From UHGV virus genome UHGV-0098804: a stretch of DNA of 31,623 bases; one strand, given 5' to 3'. The notes below the pieces were generated by a model that did not search any database, was not told where the DNA came from, and saw nothing but the letters and a program-made list of their open reading frames with translations. This document shows, in pieces, positions 26,075 through 31,623 of the stretch; positions within the stretch are counted from its first letter, which is position 1; each line of letters opens with the position of its first letter. The position numbers and the translations under genes were made by a program. The DNA is from a virus.

Positions 26075-27268
26075 TTATGCTTTTTTCACGTACTCTATAA
26101 ACATCTTCTCAGCCTGTTCTTGTGGCGTTCCAGCCATGACAAGCGCATCAATGAACGCCTGCTTCTTCAGTGCGAACTGATCGGCAAGGCGTTGCTGAAG
26201 TTCCTTATTTTTCTGTTTCTCACGTTGCAAGGCCGCTTCTTTTGCAGCCGCCCGTTTTTTCTGTGCGTCTGACAACTTTCTGGCCCTGGTCAATTGGTCA
26301 CGTAGCTTGTCGATCTTGCCGTTGTCCTTTGCCAGTTTTGTACTTAAAGCTGCCTGGCGCTTCTGATAGAGCCTCCATTCGCGCTTGGCAGCGTCAACGT
26401 TTGTTTTACTGTTGCGATTGCGATTAAACTCCCTCTCGTCTTCTTTTGAGAAGTGTTTGGTTGTACGGCGGCGATCGTCACCAAATGCAATTTGCGTTGC
26501 GGCCTTTTGTAACGCACGAGCAATACTCATTTGCCAACTAGCGGACTGTAACCGCGTCATTGAGTGGATCACGTGTTTACAGGCGACGCCTTGTAGCTTA
26601 GGGTTACGAACTTTTGGATAGGCGTATTCTTTTGGCGGTGCCAGGGCAAAGTTACCCGCAGTAGCGATGTAACGATACCAGTATTGATGACGACCACAGT
26701 CACAATCGAAAGACACCCGCCCGGCGCACAGTGATTTAGTGATTTTCAGAGCTGATTTATCGTCTTCTGCGATGTCATCGACCATCTGATCCCATTCTTC
26801 AAAGCGTATCCGGACGATATGGTGCTGGTGGACGGATATATCCGATGCTTCTACGCGGATATTAATCACGTTGTGGCGAAGAGATACAGGTGTAGCTCTT
26901 TTGATACCAGATCCGTCATCCACGGCGTTATTTGCACGCTTAATATCGATTGCCTGGCTGGATGCCACCAGCTGGGCGTATGTGATGCCAGCCGTCTTGC
27001 TGTCATATTTTTCGCGTGTTTTACTCCGTAGCTTTTCGAAACCTTTCAGGTCGTCTCGCGTGAAGAACGTGCCGCCTTTTTTCTTCCCTAACTTGAGAAT
27101 ATCTTCGGCGGATTTGTTCCTCAGTCTACCTGGCGTCAGCGTCCGGTGAGCTTGTCGGCGCTTACGGGTTTGTTCTTTCCTGATAAGGTCGAATAAACGC
27201 GTGAAGTCCTTAGAGGACAGGCCGTCAGTGATATAGCGCCCGTCCTGGTTTTTCAGGAAATCAGGCAT
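26075..27268 (-). CDS. SWIM-zinc-finger-like protein with Lys/Arg/Glu-rich coiled-coil C-terminus (397 aa), function unknown
   Basis: Track ORF; GGAG SD; FDCDCGRHQYWY...CKHVIH fits a CxC...CxH SWIM-type finger; start overlaps the upstream ORF stop by 8 bp (ATGCCTGA). Confidence 0.6.
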   Translation of the reverse strand: MPDFLKNQDGRYITDGLSSKDFTRLFDLIRKEQTRKRRQAHRTLTPGRLRNKSAEDILKLGKKKGGTFFTRDDLKGFEKLRSKTREKYDSKTAGITYAQLVASSQAIDIKRANNAVDDGSGIKRATPVSLRHNVINIRVEASDISVHQHHIVRIRFEEWDQMVDDIAEDDKSALKITKSLCAGRVSFDCDCGRHQYWYRYIATAGNFALAPPKEYAYPKVRNPKLQGVACKHVIHSMTRLQSASWQMSIARALQKAATQIAFGDDRRRTTKHFSKEDEREFNRNRNSKTNVDAAKREWRLYQKRQAALSTKLAKDNGKIDKLRDQLTRARKLSDAQKKRAAAKEAALQREKQKNKELQQRLADQFALKKQAFIDALVMAGTPQEQAEKMFIEYVKKA

Positions 27269-27590
27269 TTTCTATCTCCGGTTCCGCGCTTGCGTAATCA
27301 CGGATCTTGTTCCTCAGCCATGCCACATCAGGAAGAGTTAACGTGGTCCCTGCGGGCATTTCTTCCATCTCTGACTCATGGCCCACCAGCACCCGGAATA
27401 CCCAGCGCAAATCTGCATTGCCATACGCCCTGTAGGCTGCAAGGTCTGAACGATATACTTCATCAATCTTTATCGTGTACTGGAAATTATCAGAGTGATA
27501 CTCCGATACCCGCTTAATCATTTCCTGGTGAAACAGCGCACGAAAAATATCGTCTTCAATGTACCTATCGTCGAGTCTGCTATAGCCCAT
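27261..27590 (-). CDS. Hypothetical protein (109 aa) translationally coupled to the SWIM-like gene
   Basis: Track ORF; GAGGGG SD about 9 nt upstream of the ATG; no family recognised. Confidence 0.5.
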   Translation of the reverse strand: MGYSRLDDRYIEDDIFRALFHQEMIKRVSEYHSDNFQYTIKIDEVYRSDLAAYRAYGNADLRWVFRVLVGHESEMEEMPAGTTLTLPDVAWLRNKIRDYASAEPEIENA

Positions 27591-27651
27591 AACAAAGCCC
27601 CTCAGTCATAACCTGGGGAAAACTGTATGCAGGGTGTGAAATGCGAGAAAG

Positions 27652-27677
27652 CAGCGTCACCAGGCCTGGTGACGCTG
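27652..27677. promoter_or_regulatory. Perfect 26-bp palindrome (cagcgtcaccagg|cctggtgacgctg) just downstream of higA-2: terminator or operator
   Basis: Seen in sequence; on the minus strand it is followed by a T-rich stretch (ctttctcgcattt). Confidence 0.45.
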
Positions 27678-27682
27678 TGAAA

Positions 27683-27976
27683 TTATGCGTGGAAAAATAA
27701 TGGACGGATGTTTGGGCGAGTGGTTTGCGAAGCAACCCAAAGCTCATACTGGGATTGCATACCGGTCCACATTTCGGCACTGGTTCCAAGAGCGGACTCC
27801 AGACGAAGTGCCATATCAGCAGATATACCTGCTTTTTCATTCAGAATTCGGGAAAGCGCCGTGCGAGTAATGCCTAATGCCGCAGCGGCGTCTGTGACTG
27901 ACATGTCTCCCAAATATTCACGAAGAACCGCGCCTGGATGCGCGGGATTATGCATACGACTCATAGTGTTCCTCAA
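27683..27976 (-). CDS. higA: HigA-like antitoxin (second copy, XRE HTH)
   Basis: [18 protein letters not shown]...[38 protein letters not shown] is the canonical HigA pattern; 4-bp overlap with the upstream toxin gene. Confidence 0.8.
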   Translation of the reverse strand: MRNTMSRMHNPAHPGAVLREYLGDMSVTDAAAALGITRTALSRILNEKAGISADMALRLESALGTSAEMWTGMQSQYELWVASQTTRPNIRPLFFHA

Positions 27977-28254
27977 TGATAATCCTGATAGTCAACTAGA
28001 ATTGCGTCTTCTCCTTCAAATCGGAAGGTAAGTCGCCAGTTACCGTTTACCGATATTGCCCAGTGACCTTTAAGGTCCGCCCCCTTTAGAGGGTGCAATT
28101 CCCATCCAGGCGCAGACATATCGTCCGGGCGTTTAGCTGTATTAAGCGCAGTCAATTGAATGCGTAGCTTAACCGCATGTTTGGCCTGAATGCCTGCGGT
28201 TGAACCTGTCTTGAAAAAGCGTTCAAGCCCTTTATGGCGAAATGACTTAATCAA
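27973..28254 (-). CDS. higB: HigB/RelE-like toxin (second copy); probable TTG start giving [14 protein letters not shown]...
   Basis: [13 protein letters not shown]...[43 protein letters not shown] matches the HigB/RelE toxin pattern. Track ATG at 28317 adds 21 atypical residues; a TTG at 28254 with GGA upstream restores the conserved N-terminus. Start uncertain. Confidence 0.7.
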   Translation of the reverse strand: MIKSFRHKGLERFFKTGSTAGIQAKHAVKLRIQLTALNTAKRPDDMSAPGWELHPLKGADLKGHWAISVNGNWRLTFRFEGEDAILVDYQDYH

Positions 28255-28590
28255 AATAATTCCATTCGTGCGTGCAACCTGTGTATATACGCTACACGCA
28301 GAAAGAGTAAAATGCAAGCACTATCCGTATAGACAGAGTTTTTTCGCCACCCTGGAATTTATTGACTGTCAACAAGTGACTTTCATTAATCTTAAGGCGT
28401 GGACCAGCTCGATAGTGAGCTGGGTGTTATTTACCGATCGAATGGATTCGAAAAGATGAATATTTTTAATAAGCTGATTGATTTATTGAATAAATTCATT
28501 AGTGCTTCTTTAACTCAGCAGGTATCCACGTCAGTGTTTTTGTTACTCTTCTACCTGGTATTGAGGGAGTTAACAAAGCTACTAATGTGA

Positions 28591-29244
28591 TCAAAGTATC
28601 ACGGTATCTTCATCAACTTCTTTCCCAGCCAGTGACTTTGGCTGGGAGGTGCCTGCTTTAACTTTTTCATGCCCAATAATGGACAGGAACGAAGCGAGTA
28701 TGCCTGTTTTTTGCTCTTTCTCGACTGTGCCGGTCATCTGCTCTACGTAATCTGCACTGGCAACGTTGTGGTATACGGTCGCGTAGCAACACAGGATCAT
28801 CAGAATATGCTCCGGCCTGATATCCTGCCAGTTCACCCTGTAGACTTCTTCTCCGTTACCGTTGTATTCGGTATCAACGATAGAGTCGGGGATTTCGAAA
28901 GCACCTTTGTTATTTTGCGGCAGGGATAATAGCTTCTGGAGTTTTAACTCTCTGTATCTTTCCATCCCGACGATGATTGCTGCTCTGCCATCGGCATGAC
29001 GGGTCTTGAGAGTCACCTGGCTTGCTCCGGTGCCAGCGGAGATCGTTGGCGTAATTTCGTCTACCAGTACCTTAAATTTGCTTTTCCGCAGGGCTGCTAT
29101 AGCTGGAGGAATTTTTTGCTTTTGCTCCAATGCTGACGCGGGAAGGGGTTTTACTTCGTTAATAATGAGAGCACCGTCTTTCAGTATTGCAGTGAGCATT
29201 TGAGGCTTGCTGGTGGTCAGGCTGAATATTGCGATCTTTTCCAT
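28591..29244 (-). CDS. Hypothetical protein (about 217 aa)
   Basis: Track ORF 28591..29286; GGAGGAAGG lies before the ATG at 29244 (MEKIAIF...), and the 14 codons upstream of it are read through terminator hairpin sequence. Confidence 0.5.
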   Translation of the reverse strand: MEKIAIFSLTTSKPQMLTAILKDGALIINEVKPLPASALEQKQKIPPAIAALRKSKFKVLVDEITPTISAGTGASQVTLKTRHADGRAAIIVGMERYRELKLQKLLSLPQNNKGAFEIPDSIVDTEYNGNGEEVYRVNWQDIRPEHILMILCCYATVYHNVASADYVEQMTGTVEKEQKTGILASFLSIIGHEKVKAGTSQPKSLAGKEVDEDTVIL

Positions 29245-29270
29245 TGTCCTTCCTCCACGGATGACGGATA

Positions 29271-29296
29271 CAAAAAAAGGCCGCACATGGCGGCCT
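29271..29296 (-). terminator. Intrinsic-terminator-like hairpin oriented for minus-strand transcripts, 5' of orf 28591..29244
   Basis: On the minus strand aggccgc catgt gcggcct is followed by TTTTTTT; no minus-strand gene is immediately upstream, so the role (insulator or relic) is unclear. Confidence 0.45.
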
Positions 29297-29512
29297 GCTT
29301 TGGCGTTATGACTCCCTACCGCGCTTCGGCTGAAAGTTAATCGTCAAAAGAACCTTCAACGGGAGCCGTTAGCGCGATGGATTATGTGCAGTTTGTGATT
29401 TCCAAAATAGTGTCAACCACTTTTTGTGGATTTTATTTTTTGACCGAAATTTGGCCTAAATCATGTTGATGTAGTTGATTGTTTTTGTAACATAAAACTT
29501 CATTTTGTTTAC

Positions 29513-30136
29513 ATGAAGGACGGTGTAGTGAAGTTAAGGGTTTTAGGGACCGCGCTCGCGGCTATGTTGGGATGCGTATCTGTTAATACAGCCAATGCAA
29601 CTGCGTTACCTGCACAATTCAGGGCAGGGCAGCAGGTTATGAATAACGCTGGTGGGGATCATTCACAAGCGGCAATTATGGACTTTTGCAAGAGAGAGGG
29701 CATTCCATTACGGCCTGTTGGAACTCAGTTTATTGGTAAAACTGACTTTTGCGTTTTTGCATATACAGCATATCTGACGGACAAAGCTATAACAAAAACA
29801 GGTTATTCAACCAAAGATACTCTTTCCAGATTAAGTCAGGGATGGCAGCAATTCGAAGTGTATCGCCAGCAAGGATTAGGTGAGTTATTACAACCACTTT
29901 TTATGCTTGCGCTGGTGCCCGAGGGGCAGCAATTTTTGGTTAAAAAGGGAATGCTTCGCCAAAGTGATATTGCCGGGTTCGATAGCATGATGGCTTATGA
30001 GCGCAAACTAACCGAGCAGCGAAATAAAAAACCATCTGCTTCATGTGTGCAAAGTAAAACAGCAGAATACAGTGCAGTAGCCGGGCCTTTAGCCAAACAA
30101 ATGGCAGAGCAATGGTGTAAAAAATACGGGCAATAA
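29513..30136 (+). CDS. Predicted exported protein (207 aa) with N-terminal signal peptide
   Basis: Track ORF; hydrophobic N-terminus LRVLGTALAAMLGCVSVNTANA with an AxA-like cleavage site; AT-rich promoter-like region upstream. Confidence 0.55.
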   Translation: MKDGVVKLRVLGTALAAMLGCVSVNTANATALPAQFRAGQQVMNNAGGDHSQAAIMDFCKREGIPLRPVGTQFIGKTDFCVFAYTAYLTDKAITKTGYSTKDTLSRLSQGWQQFEVYRQQGLGELLQPLFMLALVPEGQQFLVKKGMLRQSDIAGFDSMMAYERKLTEQRNKKPSASCVQSKTAEYSAVAGPLAKQMAEQWCKKYGQ

Positions 30137-30156
30137 GTTACGCAGCGGAGGCAGAA

Positions 30157-30549
30157 TTGAAAAGATTGGCTATTGCTTTACTGGCGTCTTTCCCTTTGAT
30201 CGCGAGCGCCGGAAATTTACAAGTTAAGTGCGGTCGGTTTGATATAAAAATCTATCCGGATGCCATATTTCTGAATGGGAATAAGGTTGATAACGCACAC
30301 CGAAAAACTGAATCTGACGTAATGAGCTATGTGTTCCAGGAGTATGCGGAGATGGGGGGAACTTACACGCTGTACTCGCTGGATGTTCCTTCTCGCGGTG
30401 ATATGACATTATCCCATCAATGGCAGAACGCCGATGGCGAAGCTCTGCGCGAGGTTAAAACAGAAAAATGTGGCACTTTCCATTCTTTTAAAGGGAAAGC
30501 GCCAAATGTTAAATCTGTGCTTGAAAAACAGCGCGCAGGTGAGCTTTAA
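30157..30549 (+). CDS. Predicted small exported protein (130 aa) with signal peptide
   Basis: MKRLAIALLASFPLIASA signal peptide; GGAGG SD at about 30146; 20 bp downstream of the previous gene. Confidence 0.6.
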   Translation: MKRLAIALLASFPLIASAGNLQVKCGRFDIKIYPDAIFLNGNKVDNAHRKTESDVMSYVFQEYAEMGGTYTLYSLDVPSRGDMTLSHQWQNADGEALREVKTEKCGTFHSFKGKAPNVKSVLEKQRAGEL

Positions 30550-30857
30550 ACACCTTTAACCACGGAGATGCCGTTCCCTGCACGATAGCGGCGGGGAACG
30601 GAATTCTCCATCAGGTCACGAATTACTCCCGCCTCATGTAGTTCCTCTGTTTCCCAGTATCTGTTTGTCACCAGATCGAGGCTGGCTATGACCTTGTGCC
30701 GATCATTAGGCATAGCCAATTTTTCTGCTATAACCATCAGTGAAAACTCTTCATCCAGTAGGATTTGATACCAGACTTTTGACAGTTCCAACTCTCTAAT
30801 GAGGGTGAAGCGCCGCTCAAGTGTGGCGGCAGAATAAGTGAAATCTATTTTTTTCAT
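30546..30857 (-). CDS. Hypothetical protein (103 aa)
   Basis: Track ORF; preceded on the minus strand by a GC-rich hairpin at about 30889-30908. Confidence 0.45.
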   Translation of the reverse strand: MKKIDFTYSAATLERRFTLIRELELSKVWYQILLDEEFSLMVIAEKLAMPNDRHKVIASLDLVTNRYWETEELHEAGVIRDLMENSVPRRYRAGNGISVVKGV

Positions 30858-30916
30858 CGTGCGGATAATCCGATTATTTGGCAGTTAAATCCCCGGCGTC
30901 GCCGGGGATGCAGCAT

Positions 30917-31623
30917 TTAACTAACAATCCAGTCCATAGCAATAACATCCTCTGGAGCTAAATCAATAGCATGGATTTTCCCGTCACGGATGGTGCGCCA
31001 GTGCTTTCGTGATCCACCTTCGGGCCACACCCATATACCTTCAGGCCAGGAAGAACGACGACACACTGTTGCGTATCCAGTCCTGATCTTCTCTCTGACG
31101 GTATGTAGTGACAGATTATCCTTTGGGCTTTCAGGCACAGGATGGTGGATTGCCTGAAACATCCCCATCTTTGGATGATACCAGCGTTTATTGCGTGGTT
31201 CTGCCTCCGACATCACCTGCTTAAAGGCTTTCCGGAAGGGGACCAGGGCCACAATGGAGCGTCGCGCAAGCAAACCATCTGGAGTTAAAAACTCATGCGT
31301 ATCGGTGGGAATCCGGAAAGCGTTAACCAGGTTGCGACATTTGGCTTCAGTCAGGCCACATTTCGCCGCCAGCTGGCGGTAGCCAATGTAGCCTTCCGGA
31401 ATATTGCCTTTCTTGATTTGCTCGAGTGTTTCAGCGACCATCGATACTTGTGCTGATACCTCGGCTACCTGGGCATTTACGGCGTTGATCCGGCGTTCAT
31501 GCTCAAGATGCATTTGCGCCATTTCAGCCAGAATTTCGGCTTTTGATTTTAACTGTACCCGGGCATTCTCCAGTTCGCGCCAGCGGTCCACCAGCCGGGC
31601 GGTGAATTCCGGAGAGAGCTGCG
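30917..31623 (-). CDS. Hypothetical protein with coiled-coil N-terminal region, 5' end probably beyond window end (partial)
   Basis: Track ORF 30917..31591 starts at a GTG, but the frame stays open to 31623, so the true start may lie outside the window. Confidence 0.5.
   Translation of the reverse strand, partial: QLSPEFTARLVDRWRELENARVQLKSKAEILAEMAQMHLEHERRINAVNAQVAEVSAQVSMVAETLEQIKKGNIPEGYIGYRQLAAKCGLTEAKCRNLVNAFRIPTDTHEFLTPDGLLARRSIVALVPFRKAFKQVMSEAEPRNKRWYHPKMGMFQAIHHPVPESPKDNLSLHTVREKIRTGYATVCRRSSWPEGIWVWPEGGSRKHWRTIRDGKIHAIDLAPEDVIAMDWIVS

Noticed and set aside
28255-28317. ATG at 28317 as the higB-2 start (114-aa form)
   Set aside because: It adds 21 residues absent from the conserved MIKSF... 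N-terminus of this toxin family; a TTG at 28254 restores the canonical start, though the ATG cannot be excluded without expression data.
29271-29296. The hairpin at 29271-29296 as a terminator for the plus-strand exported-protein genes
   Set aside because: It lies upstream of those genes, and its T-tract follows the stem only on the minus strand.
1-31623. Integrase, transposase/IS elements, tRNA or rRNA genes
   Set aside because: No tyrosine or serine recombinase-like or transposase-like ORF was recognised, and no cloverleaf-capable or rRNA-like segment was noticed. The scan was by eye, so small tRNAs or degenerate IS remnants cannot be fully excluded.

Overview
This window reads as a slice of a phage-plasmid-like element: a contractile-tail phage structural gene set on the minus strand, interleaved with plasmid-type maintenance modules on the plus strand. 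All calls come from reading the sequence and recalling protein families from memory; no database search was run. Minus-strand phage genes include a large tape-measure-like ORF running off the left edge (with an in-frame 75-bp tandem repeat), tube/sheath/capsid-like structural ORFs, an overlapped i-spanin/o-spanin pair, a PAAR-like spike tip and a gpV-like baseplate spike. Plus-strand maintenance modules are a Rep_3-type repA flanked by 19-20 bp iterons, a ParM/ParR partition operon with parC-like 11-bp repeats, and a ParA-type ATPase with a small partner. A minus-strand operon encodes Dam methylase, a short C5-cytosine-methylase-like ORF and RdgC. The most interesting region is 24.3-29.3 kb: two HigB/HigA toxin-antitoxin modules on opposite strands bracket an accessory cassette (an orphan antitoxin N-domain ORF, a very AT-rich membrane/coiled-coil gene, and a coupled 109-aa + 397-aa SWIM-zinc-finger-like operon) that I cannot assign to any known system and that is the best candidate for something undescribed. 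No rRNA, tRNA, CRISPR array, integrase or transposase was recognised.
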